DNA from: a virus
Lineage: Duplodnaviria > Heunggongvirae > Uroviricota > Caudoviricetes
Direction: 5' to 3' (one strand)
IMG/VR virus record: IMGVR_UViG_2737471860_000010
Location: 1-17,563 of that record
DNA: 17,563 bases
Below, piece by piece: positions 1 to 7,379 of this stretch (the stretch's first letter is position 1; each line of letters starts with the position of its first letter). The notes beneath the pieces are model-generated. The model ran no database searches and was not told the origin of the DNA. It saw only the letters and a list, made by a program, of their open reading frames with translations. A program made the position numbers and the translations under genes.

Positions 1-993
1 CTAATCGATGGACAGTTTATGGACACTTTCAGCCAGCGGATTAAAGTTGATTGCGTCCTGTAAAAAGTCCGGTGAAAAATGCGCATAAGTCATTGTTTGC
101 TGAATAGTGGCATGTCCCAGAATCCGTTGCAGGGTAACGATGTTTCCCCCGTTCATCATGAAATGCGTGGCGAACGTATGACGCATCACATGAGTAGCCT
201 GTCCTTTTGGCAAATCAGGCTTCACCTCCTGGAGGATCTCGCGAAACCGGAGATAATCGACATCGTACAGCGGCCCGGTTCGGCGGGTTTTAATCAGCGA
301 GAGCACGGCATCAGACACCGGAACCGAACGAGACTTCCCGTTCTTGGTGTTGAAGAACGTCACGCGATTACCGACGATATGCTCCCCGCGTAATTCCGCC
401 GCCTCACCCCACCGAGCTCCCGTAGAAAGACACAGAATGGCGACACGACGCGCATCACCTTCGAGTCGCTCAAGAAGCCGATCAATCTCATCATCAGAAA
501 GAAAGGCCATTTCTGTGTTCTGAACTTTCAGTTTGCGTATACCGCGTACAGGGTTCGCGTTGTGAAAAACCTCCGTCTCAATCAATACTGAGAACATCGT
601 TGACAAAACGCACAAGTCACGATTAATGCTGGACGGCATTAATCCGGACTGTAATTTCTCTGACCGATATTCAAGCATAAATTTTCGCGTCATCTGGCTG
701 GCGCGTGGATCTCCCATTTCACGTATCACCTTTTCCAGCCTGACCCTGTAGGAATCTCCGTAAGGCTGATTACGTCCGTCAAGCATCCACCAGTCCTCTA
801 TCAGTTCAGATAACCGCCGCTGATCAGCTGGTTTTGCCTGCCACGGCTTGTCATGAAAATTCTGTAAAACATACCTCTCAAACTCCTGGGCCTTCGATTT
901 CAGGGTGAAGGTTTTTCGAATCCGCTTACCCTCAGCACCCTGCGGTCTTACATCAACCTTATAACGTCCGTCTTTGAGTTGCTTAATCGACAT
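1..993 (-). CDS. int: Tyrosine recombinase / integrase, P2 Int family (330 aa)
   Basis: ORF track 1..1053 (-). Chosen start is the internal ATG (rc 'cat' at 991-993, MSIKQLKDGRYKVDVRP...) preceded by a GGAGGGG Shine-Dalgarno. Product carries blocks typical of P2-type integrases (ARWGEAAELRGEHI, HVMRHTFATHF, TLQRILGH, QQTMTYAHF). Stop codon is at the window edge (1-3). Confidence 0.9.
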   Translation of the reverse strand: MSIKQLKDGRYKVDVRPQGAEGKRIRKTFTLKSKAQEFERYVLQNFHDKPWQAKPADQRRLSELIEDWWMLDGRNQPYGDSYRVRLEKVIREMGDPRASQMTRKFMLEYRSEKLQSGLMPSSINRDLCVLSTMFSVLIETEVFHNANPVRGIRKLKVQNTEMAFLSDDEIDRLLERLEGDARRVAILCLSTGARWGEAAELRGEHIVGNRVTFFNTKNGKSRSVPVSDAVLSLIKTRRTGPLYDVDYLRFREILQEVKPDLPKGQATHVMRHTFATHFMMNGGNIVTLQRILGHATIQQTMTYAHFSPDFLQDAINFNPLAESVHKLSID

Positions 994-1062
994 GATTAGC
1001 CCCTCCAACGGATAAATTAACCAAGCACTCCTTGCGAAATGCAATTCGCTCAATGTGTAGCG

Positions 1063-1404
1063 TCAGCCAGCATTGCGGCCTGATCGGGGTGATTTTTGGA
1101 TAGCGTCGGTTGAAGCCTGATCGCCCTCCGACTGAGAAGAGCCATCAAGAGAGAGAGCCGGGGCTATTTGCCCGGCGGCAGGTAGCGTTTTATCCTTTAA
1201 TAACCACAACATATACTTTTCGAATCGATCTACCTGCAAAACAGTCTCAACGATTTTTGCTCTGGCGCTTTTTTGCCCTGATTCATAGTTCCTTATGGCT
1301 GCTAAAGATAGTCCTGTGATATCAGCAAACTGCTTTTGTGTTAGCCCCTCTGCCTTACGTATTTGACGCAACTTTTCCGCATAGTCTATTGACAAGATAA
1401 CCAT
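1063..1404 (-). CDS. C: Immunity repressor, P2 C-like HTH protein (113 aa)
   Basis: ORF track 1063..1497 (-). Chosen start is the internal ATG at 1402-1404 (MVILSIDYAEKL...) with a GAGAGG SD. HTH segment LTQKQFADITGLSLAAIRNYESG and C-terminal ...KYMLWLL...GQIAPAL resemble the P2 C repressor as recalled. Lies between int and a divergent early operon. Confidence 0.75.
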   Translation of the reverse strand: MVILSIDYAEKLRQIRKAEGLTQKQFADITGLSLAAIRNYESGQKSARAKIVETVLQVDRFEKYMLWLLKDKTLPAAGQIAPALSLDGSSQSEGDQASTDAIQKSPRSGRNAG

Positions 1405-1500
1405 TTGAGTATTAACCTCTCGCACAAAGATAACCGTACGATTATCTTTACAAACCAAAACAAACCATAACAAGGCGCGATAAGCGCACCAACGCAAGAG
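1389..1500. promoter_or_regulatory. Lysogeny-switch region between C and the cox-like gene, with repeated GATAAC motifs
   Basis: TTGACA at 1389-1394 followed at once by AAGATAACC (1394-1402). A second AAGATAACC at 1426-1434 forms a 24-bp near-palindrome (1426-1449) with TTATCTTT. Tandem CAAACCAAAA/CAAACCATAA at 1451-1470. GGATAAC at 1492-1498 lies in the RBS region of the cox-like gene. Confidence 0.5.
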
Positions 1501-1508
1501 GATAACAA

Positions 1509-2036
1509 ATGCGGAACATCATTGCCGATAAAGAGTTATCTGACCTCCCGCCACTTCAAGAAAGTGACGCACCAAGCGACTCCATTAACGCCGCCAACGA
1601 TGGCGAACACCAGGAAAGTAAGCCTCGTCGCACTTACAAAAGAGGAGCAACACTTCGACTAGATGGACCAATCGCCGGACTTTGCTCGCTGGAAAAAGGT
1701 GCTGCATATGTCGGGTTAACAAAACTGGCACTACGTACTGCCGTGGCACGTGGACAAATGCCAGGGCATAAAACACGTACAAACCCGGAAGATGAAGATT
1801 CAGACGGCGTATGGTGGTTTAACGCCAAAGAGTGGGACAAGTTGGCCGACGAACTACCAGAGTGCGAACCACCAGAATGGCACAACTGGAAAAGCTACTG
1901 GACGTATGACCGCCAGAAAAGAAAGTTCTCTCCAGCAGACAAAGAAGACTGCCAAACCGTTAACGGAAAACGGGTTTATATGGGTAGAAGCTCAAAACTG
2001 GAAAAACGCAGGGAACACGAGAGCGATTTATCATAA
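1509..2036 (+). CDS. Cox-like HTH early regulator / excisionase candidate, unusually long (175 aa)
   Basis: ATG at 1509 preceded by AGAGGA SD. Divergent from the repressor gene, the position of cox in P2. Central segment LEKGAAYVGLTKLALRTAVARGQMPG...GVWWFNAKEW resembles the P2 Cox HTH region (recalled), but has ~50 aa N-terminal and ~60 aa C-terminal extensions. Confidence 0.6.
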   Translation: MRNIIADKELSDLPPLQESDAPSDSINAANDGEHQESKPRRTYKRGATLRLDGPIAGLCSLEKGAAYVGLTKLALRTAVARGQMPGHKTRTNPEDEDSDGVWWFNAKEWDKLADELPECEPPEWHNWKSYWTYDRQKRKFSPADKEDCQTVNGKRVYMGRSSKLEKRREHESDLS

Positions 2037-2117
2037 GCAACATCAATAGCGTCGACGCATTCTTTGCACGCCCGAAAGAACAGCGAGATGCATGGTTACT
2101 GTAGCTGGGGCTTTGAA

Positions 2118-2525
2118 ATGACAAACCACGAAGACAAAGCACTACTGGAACGACTGGAAAATCTGAAAAACGAAAAACCACACCAGAAGCTTTTGCTGGT
2201 TTTCCCGGGAAAACCGCAGATTGAAATCAGCGTTGACTACCACGAATTACACAGAACATTCGCTGGTCTGATGGCATTAAAATCAAAGCTTCAGAATGGC
2301 GAAGATTTAAAAGATGTCGCCCTGCGTCCCGACGATGAATACGGCCATTTTTGTCGTGATGATGCAGGAACTATTGGAATGATTTTAGAACCTGCATGCG
2401 GTGTCATGCTCCGTTTCCCTGCAGAAGAAGCCTTTGAACTTTATCGGCAAATTTTAAGTAATGACAACATGGTTATTGAGGTCGGAAATGTGCCAGAGAA
2501 AATCTCCGGCACAGAAGTTAATTAA
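2118..2525 (+). CDS. Hypothetical early protein (135 aa)
   Basis: ORF track 2064..2525. Start set at ATG 2118 (MTNHEDKALLERL...) downstream of a GGGG run; alternative ATG at 2088. No recognisable motif. Confidence 0.5.
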   Translation: MTNHEDKALLERLENLKNEKPHQKLLLVFPGKPQIEISVDYHELHRTFAGLMALKSKLQNGEDLKDVALRPDDEYGHFCRDDAGTIGMILEPACGVMLRFPAEEAFELYRQILSNDNMVIEVGNVPEKISGTEVN

Positions 2526-2704
2526 TCAGGAAAAATATATTTGCTTGCCTGAGGATATTTTTTTAGCGTGAGTTTACGCACTTCGCGCATAAGCTTACGA
2601 ATGGTATTTGATGGTTCTCCTTTATTCGGAGGATTAACCGGCGCTTTCTCTAATACAGAAATTGCCGCATTTAGCGCATCAATAACCTTTTCATCATAGG
2701 ACAT
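2522..2704 (-). CDS. Small hypothetical protein (60 aa), antisense to the early operon
   Basis: ATG (rc 'cat' at 2702-2704) preceded by a strong SD (AAGGAATAAAAT-ATG on the minus strand). Stop overlaps the stop of the convergent 2118..2525 gene by 2 nt. No recognisable motif. Confidence 0.4.
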   Translation of the reverse strand: MSYDEKVIDALNAAISVLEKAPVNPPNKGEPSNTIRKLMREVRKLTLKKYPQASKYIFPD

Positions 2705-2846
2705 ATTTTATTCCTTTGTGGTTAGTAAAACACGCGCCATTCACAGCCCCTTCAAGACTGCAGGCGGTGGAAAAATACCACAAAACCATGCGCCGGGCAT
2801 GGCTAAAACCCGGCACAAATTCGCAACAACAGCGGGATATTTTTGT

Positions 2847-3194
2847 ATGAAGCAACAGCACAATTCTTCACAGCAGCGCTTCCGCAGCAATGCAGAACGC
2901 CACGCTAACCGTTTCTCCACCAGTGCTGCCAGCACAAAACGCTACAGCCTGCAGGAAACACACGCCACACCTGACGGGTATCTGGTTAAACAAACAGGTA
3001 AACACACCTGGCTGATTAATGATGCCGGAATTGTCATACACAGAGGCGCACGCAACCCGATTACCGGAAACACCTGTTATTACCTGACTCGCGGTGATGA
3101 CCAGTTCGGACAGGATTTCACATTACACGAAGCATTGCGCACGGTTGATCGCTTAATTGCAGGTCGTAGTTTTCAACATCCATGGGGGAATTAA
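2847..3194 (+). CDS. Hypothetical early protein (115 aa; start uncertain)
   Basis: ORF track 2718..3194 opens with GTG. In-frame ATGs at 2799 and 2847; neither has a clear SD. No recognisable motif. Confidence 0.4.
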   Translation: MKQQHNSSQQRFRSNAERHANRFSTSAASTKRYSLQETHATPDGYLVKQTGKHTWLINDAGIVIHRGARNPITGNTCYYLTRGDDQFGQDFTLHEALRTVDRLIAGRSFQHPWGN

Positions 3195-3197
3195 TCC

Positions 3198-3452
3198 ATG
3201 ACAACAACGACAAAAGATATGGTAGAGATAGCCTCGGCCTACACTCTTATCATACACCGACTCATAGATAATAATGCCCGTGATGCATTAAATACGGTGA
3301 AACCTTTATCGGAAGCAAAAAGCGATATTATCAGCGGATTAAAGTCACTACAGGAATGCGCACGCTATGCAGGTGATCACGCCGCATACATGGCCATTAA
3401 CGATGCAATTGAGCGCATTGAATCAGGTAAATCATTAAGAGCTTTTGTTTAA
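3198..3452 (+). CDS. Hypothetical early protein (84 aa)
   Basis: ATG 3198 preceded by a GGGGGAA SD-like run; compact spacing with flanking genes. Confidence 0.55.
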   Translation: MTTTTKDMVEIASAYTLIIHRLIDNNARDALNTVKPLSEAKSDIISGLKSLQECARYAGDHAAYMAINDAIERIESGKSLRAFV

Positions 3453-3472
3453 GTATTTTCCGGGGAAATACA

Positions 3473-3715
3473 ATGGACAAAGAATATAAAGTTCTCATTA
3501 ATAAAGCCCTTGAACGCTTTAATTTTCGCCTGAGTATGTCAGGAGTTGCCGCCGAACATGCAGCCAGAGACTCACTGACCAGGGCAATCCGCAGCCTGTA
3601 TGACACGGCTTTTTACGCTGACGATTTAGATGCACTCAATGAGCTGGCTGAGCTTGTTCGTGATGCTGAATGTGGAGTGCATATCAAACCATACGTACTT
3701 GGGAGCGCCGCATGA
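3473..3715 (+). CDS. Hypothetical early protein (80 aa)
   Basis: ATG 3473 preceded by a GGGGAAA SD-like run. Its stop overlaps the next ATG in an ATGA arrangement. Confidence 0.55.
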   Translation: MDKEYKVLINKALERFNFRLSMSGVAAEHAARDSLTRAIRSLYDTAFYADDLDALNELAELVRDAECGVHIKPYVLGSAA

Positions 3716-3837
3716 ATATATTTATTTCCTGGCTGATTCTTATTATTTCCGTGCTCTGCGCGATTGGCATCGTAAGAATTATTGATTCCGTAAAAGATAT
3801 CGAATCATTATTTACTGGCGAAAAACGCCGTAAATAA
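3712..3837 (+). CDS. Small hydrophobic peptide (41 aa), single predicted TM helix
   Basis: Not in the ORF track (under 60 aa). ATG 3712 overlaps the stop of the upstream gene (ATGA). Translation read from sequence: MNIFISWLILIISVLCAIGIVRIIDSVKDIESLFTGEKRRK, a hydrophobic core with a charged tail. Confidence 0.4.
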   Translation: MNIFISWLILIISVLCAIGIVRIIDSVKDIESLFTGEKRRK

Positions 3838-3917
3838 AACGCCAGATTAAACAGGAAAACCAGCAAACAATCCGCACCCGCGGAGGAATTCACTCATCTT
3901 GAAAACGGAGAAAAACA

Positions 3918-4196
3918 ATGTGCAGCAATGAAAAAATCAGCGAAATGTTTACCAGCAAGGAAGTTATCACAGCCACACAAAAAGCGCTGGCAGAACTGAT
4001 TAATGCAAGAAAGAAAGTGCTATCGGAAATGGACTACGATAACAGCCCATCATTTTTTGTCAGCCAGACGTTGCAAATAGAAAACATGCTCATGACGTCA
4101 GCAAACAACATCATCGGCGCACTCCATGCGAAAACCCTCCGCCTTGAGCGCGAACTGGCAGAACTCCGGGCACAGTCAGGTCGCTTTTCAGCATAA
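3918..4196 (+). CDS. Hypothetical early protein (92 aa)
   Basis: ATG 3918 preceded by ACGGAGAAAAACA. Product looks helical; no recognisable motif. Confidence 0.55.
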   Translation: MCSNEKISEMFTSKEVITATQKALAELINARKKVLSEMDYDNSPSFFVSQTLQIENMLMTSANNIIGALHAKTLRLERELAELRAQSGRFSA

Positions 4197-4209
4197 AGGG
4201 GGCGGGACG

Positions 4210-4461
4210 ATGCACAACATATTCACTGCCACAAGGCGAACCATGCTGACGCATTTCACCGATGCCGTGGGCCGCGAATTCATGGTGGAAAGTTATTTGA
4301 TCACAACAACCACGCCGTGCCCGTCAGACGCTGATTATCTCTACATCCATCTGACTGACGGCACACAAATCACAGCAGTCGCAAATACCGTACGCGAAGT
4401 GATGACCATCCGGGGAGCATGGAAATCAGAAAGGCACGGCTATGGAGAACTGCAACCATGA
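4210..4461 (+). CDS. Hypothetical early protein (83 aa)
   Basis: ORF track 4126..4461. Start set at the internal ATG 4210, preceded by AAAGGGGGCGGGACG. Confidence 0.5.
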   Translation: MHNIFTATRRTMLTHFTDAVGREFMVESYLITTTTPCPSDADYLYIHLTDGTQITAVANTVREVMTIRGAWKSERHGYGELQP

Positions 4462-4670
4462 TCAGCAAGTACACCACCAACGCACGCAAACCCGGAAAAG
4501 ATGCACGCCACCACATCGCTGTACTCCGCAATCTGCTGATGGAGGAAATCGACGACTTCACGGCAACGCTGAGCGGTCCTGGCGCACCAGTAACACCGGG
4601 TGAGATCCACCGCGAGCTTAAACGCCGTATTGAAAACGCCATTGATTACACCCTGAACCCGACCGAATAA
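4458..4670 (+). CDS. Hypothetical early protein (70 aa)
   Basis: ORF track 4419..4670. Start set at ATG 4458, which overlaps the upstream stop (ATGA) and follows GGAGAA. Confidence 0.5.
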   Translation: MISKYTTNARKPGKDARHHIAVLRNLLMEEIDDFTATLSGPGAPVTPGEIHRELKRRIENAIDYTLNPTE

Positions 4671-4696
4671 CCGGCACAGGCACGGAGGTTATCACG

Positions 4697-5251
4697 ATGA
4701 TACTTCAACCAATGGGGATACCAGGCAAAGCCCCTGCGCACGTGAAACCATGGACACGGCAGGAAGACGAGATGCTTACCTCGCTTTATCAGGAAAACAG
4801 CACATACCAGATGGCTGAACGAATTCAACGCACCCGCAGCGCAGTTATGCACAGAATTCGTGTTTTACGTGATCGTGGATTAATTGGTCGCAAGAGAAAG
4901 ACGCTGAGCAGAGAAGAAATCAATTTTCTCATCAGAAACCGTCACACCAGAACAGCGCAGGAAATGGCAGTCATGGTGGGATGTACCCGTCGCACAGTAC
5001 AGGAACACCTGAGTAAACGTGGTTACAGACTGCAGAAATGCGGAGATCTGCACCACCTGACCAGATACAGCGATCGCCTGGTGGAACTGGTAACAGAACT
5101 ACGTGATGAACAGTGTATGACATTCGCCGCGATAGCAAAACACATCAATCACACACTGCAAATAAAAGCGACCACTAACACAGCATATCTTCTTTACAGT
5201 CGCCGCCGCACTGCCGACGACATTGTGCTGTACGAACTGCTACCGGACTGA
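4697..5251 (+). CDS. Putative DNA-binding protein with repeated HTH-like segments (184 aa)
   Basis: ATG 4697 preceded by GGAGG. Three helix-turn-helix-like segments (…STYQMAERIQRTRSAVMHRIRVL…, …TAQEMAVMVGCTRRTVQEHL…, …MTFAAIAKHINHTLQIK…). The last ~18 nt of the gene lie inside direct-repeat copy 1. Confidence 0.7.
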   Translation: MILQPMGIPGKAPAHVKPWTRQEDEMLTSLYQENSTYQMAERIQRTRSAVMHRIRVLRDRGLIGRKRKTLSREEINFLIRNRHTRTAQEMAVMVGCTRRTVQEHLSKRGYRLQKCGDLHHLTRYSDRLVELVTELRDEQCMTFAAIAKHINHTLQIKATTNTAYLLYSRRRTADDIVLYELLPD

Positions 5252-5281
5252 GTAATCGCCATGCACACACAAAAACCGCTT
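5234..5281. repeat. Direct repeat copy 1 (~48 bp) upstream of the dam cassette
   Basis: GAACTGCTACCGGACTGAGTAATCGCCATGCACACACAAAAACCGCTT. First 42 nt are identical to copy 2; the remainder matches after a 2-nt difference in the A-run. Confidence 0.9.
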
Positions 5282-5328
5282 TCATGGGATTTGTTGACAC
5301 ACGAAACCTGTAACAAAGAGGCCGCGTT

Positions 5329-6348
5329 ATGAGCAAAGAACTGTTATCCGGCACACCGCTGAAATGGGTGGGCGGGAAAAGCCGCATCATGAACACACTG
5401 AAGGCGCATCTGCCAGAAGCGGACTGCCTGGTTGAGCCGTTCGTGGGTGGCGCATCGGTATTCATGAACACCAGTTACAGCCGATACATCCTGGGTGATT
5501 CCAATGGTGCGCTGATTAATTTCTGTCGGGCAGCACGGGACAACACTGACTGTCTGATCAACGAAGCAAAAGACCTGTTCCTGGAACACAATAACAGGAC
5601 TGACTATCTCGCTATCCGTAACACCTTTAATGCAGAGAATCATGCATTCCTGAGCACGGGAATAAGCGACCGTCGCGAATTACGGCTGGCCGCCATGTTT
5701 TTATACCTCAACCGGCACTGCTTTAATGGCCTGTACCGGGTGAATGAAAAAGGGGATTTTAATGTCCCATTCGGTGGCTACCGGGCTCCCTACTTCCCTG
5801 AACGGGAAATCCGCGCATTTGCAGACAAGGCAAACAGCACCAGAACACTGCTTGTTCATGGCGATTTTCAGAAAACGCTGAACACTGCCAGTCACCTGTT
5901 CAGCATAGGTAGTACGCTTTGCGTGTACTGCGATCCCCCTTACCTGTCATTCAGTGGCCGGGACAATTTCACCGCCTACGAAAAACCCTTCACGAAGGAC
6001 GAACACGTTCGCCTGAGAGCAGCGCTTGACCGTCTTTCACAGGAAACAGGTGGAATGACCAGCATAACCATTTCCGGCTCCGACACACCGGAAGCACGGC
6101 GCATTTATCAGGGCTACCGGATGAACCGCATCCAGGCACCGCGAAGCGTTGGCGCAAAAACCCGAAAACCAGCACCGGAGGTTATCGCCACCCTGAGACA
6201 GTGCGACGCCTGTGGTCGCCATGGCGGCGGCTACTGTCCGGACTGCGGCACGGTGACGGGAGATACAACTTACAGCGCGATGTTTACCTCTTCCACCGCA
6301 GAACAACCGCTGATGCCGTACTCCGTGAACTGCTACCGGACTGAGTAA
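5329..6348 (+). CDS. dam: DNA adenine methyltransferase, Dam family (339 aa) with a C-terminal Cys-rich extension
   Basis: ATG 5329 preceded by AAAGAGG. Strong resemblance to E. coli Dam as recalled: PLKWVGGK, CLVEPFVGGASVF (AdoMet motif), FLYLNRHCFNGLYRVN, DFNVPFGGY, and catalytic DPPY (…VYCDPPYLSF…). C-terminal tail contains CDACGRHGGGYCPDCG. Confidence 0.85.
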   Translation: MSKELLSGTPLKWVGGKSRIMNTLKAHLPEADCLVEPFVGGASVFMNTSYSRYILGDSNGALINFCRAARDNTDCLINEAKDLFLEHNNRTDYLAIRNTFNAENHAFLSTGISDRRELRLAAMFLYLNRHCFNGLYRVNEKGDFNVPFGGYRAPYFPEREIRAFADKANSTRTLLVHGDFQKTLNTASHLFSIGSTLCVYCDPPYLSFSGRDNFTAYEKPFTKDEHVRLRAALDRLSQETGGMTSITISGSDTPEARRIYQGYRMNRIQAPRSVGAKTRKPAPEVIATLRQCDACGRHGGGYCPDCGTVTGDTTYSAMFTSSTAEQPLMPYSVNCYRTE

Positions 6349-6376
6349 TCGCCATGCACACACAAAAAAACCGCTT
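6327..6376. repeat. Direct repeat copy 2 (~50 bp) at the 3' end of dam
   Basis: GAACTGCTACCGGACTGAGTAATCGCCATGCACACACAAAAAAACCGCTT. Same sequence as copy 1 with A7 instead of A5. Confidence 0.9.
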
Positions 6377-6463
6377 GCCATGCCGTAATCAGTCGGGTTA
6401 CATTCCCGCTGCACCTTATAAAACGGGTGCCGGGTTTCGCAGCCTGCTGACTACATACGCGCA

Positions 6464-6484
6464 CAACCGCGCCAGCGGTTTTTT
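6464..6484 (+). terminator. Candidate intrinsic terminator (short GC stem plus T7 run)
   Basis: AACCGC-GCCA-GCGGTT followed by TTTTTTT. The stem is only 4 GC plus 2 AT pairs, so it would be weak. Confidence 0.4.
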
Positions 6485-6664
6485 TGTGCGTACTGCATTG
6501 CCACGTCTTTTTCGCATCAGAATTATGGCGGGGCGTACGGGGCCGACTTCGGTCGGGCCGGGATCGTATGTAGCCGGTACTGCGAACCTCGTACGTCTCG
6601 CCACCCACAGTTTCGCAGCTCTGGATGGTGAGTTTTTAAAACTTACTACATACGAGGCCACACC

Positions 6665-6892
6665 ATGGCAAACCGCAAACAACAGCGCGCCCGCGCTGAG
6701 CGCCTTCACATCCGCACCGAAATCAACCGCAGACTTTTCCGCGCATCACGCGTCGCGCAAATCATGCACATCAATATGCTGCATGAGCGCACTCACGCCC
6801 TGTCAAACCGTTACTGTGCCGCTGTTTTCAGCTACCTGGCGGATGATCTCGCGGAACTGCAGAACCTTATCAACCAGCAACACCACCACTAA
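6665..6892 (+). CDS. Small basic hypothetical protein (75 aa)
   Basis: ATG 6665 preceded by ACGAGG. Ends just before the RBS of the next gene. Coding status is uncertain because it lies in a GC-rich, ORF-dense region with overlapping frames. Confidence 0.35.
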   Translation: MANRKQQRARAERLHIRTEINRRLFRASRVAQIMHINMLHERTHALSNRYCAAVFSYLADDLAELQNLINQQHHH

Positions 6893-6960
6893 ACAACATC
6901 CTGAAGCCATCCCGCACCCGTACGCGGGAGGCTTCCGCACGTCTGTTACCGGAGGTTCAC

Positions 6961-7374
6961 ATGAAGAACGTTAAGGAACTTTCAGATATTCAGGATTTTT
7001 TTAACTGGATGTGGTCGGTGGATCCACACCTCGCCTCCCGCCTCAATGACTGGCATGACTATTACCGCCGCGCCTGTAAACAGGCAGCCAGCAGTATCAC
7101 CACATCAGGTGATTTCTCCTTCACCGTTGATGACCGTTACCGTGTTGACGTCAGAGACCTGAATCACAGCCTGAATCTGGGCCTGTTCCACATCAACGGG
7201 CACGACCACAGCGTAATCAGTTGGTCATCGTCAGAAATGGCGCTCGTACTGGACATGACAACCCACAGCGTGGCAGTGAAAGGGATTAAAACGGCAGAAG
7301 GCTTTATTGACGAATACCGGCGCCTTCTTGTGCTGTACCGTGCCGCATTTCAACGGGCAACTGCCGGGGAGTGA
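6961..7374 (+). CDS. Hypothetical protein immediately upstream of replication gene A (137 aa)
   Basis: ATG 6961 preceded by GGAGG. Stop at 7372-7374, 5 nt before the A start. Confidence 0.65.
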   Translation: MKNVKELSDIQDFFNWMWSVDPHLASRLNDWHDYYRRACKQAASSITTSGDFSFTVDDRYRVDVRDLNHSLNLGLFHINGHDHSVISWSSSEMALVLDMTTHSVAVKGIKTAEGFIDEYRRLLVLYRAAFQRATAGE

Positions 7375-7379
7375 GCGCC

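Noticed and set aside
994-1053. N-terminal 20-aa extension of the integrase ORF (start at 1053)
   Set aside because: The internal ATG at 993 has a strong SD, and the protein from that start begins with the block expected for P2-type integrases. The extension is probably untranslated leader.
6525-6600. tRNA-like GC-rich segment
   Set aside because: No consistent cloverleaf could be drawn: acceptor-stem pairing is only 4-5 bp and there is no T-loop consensus. I treat it as a simple hairpin.
6354-6974. 206-aa ORF on the plus strand spanning the GC-rich region after dam
   Set aside because: It starts inside the direct repeat with no RBS, its translation is low-complexity (Ala/Thr/Ser/Arg-rich), and it overlaps both the 6665 ORF and the RBS of the 6961 gene. 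The frame is probably open by chance in GC-rich DNA.
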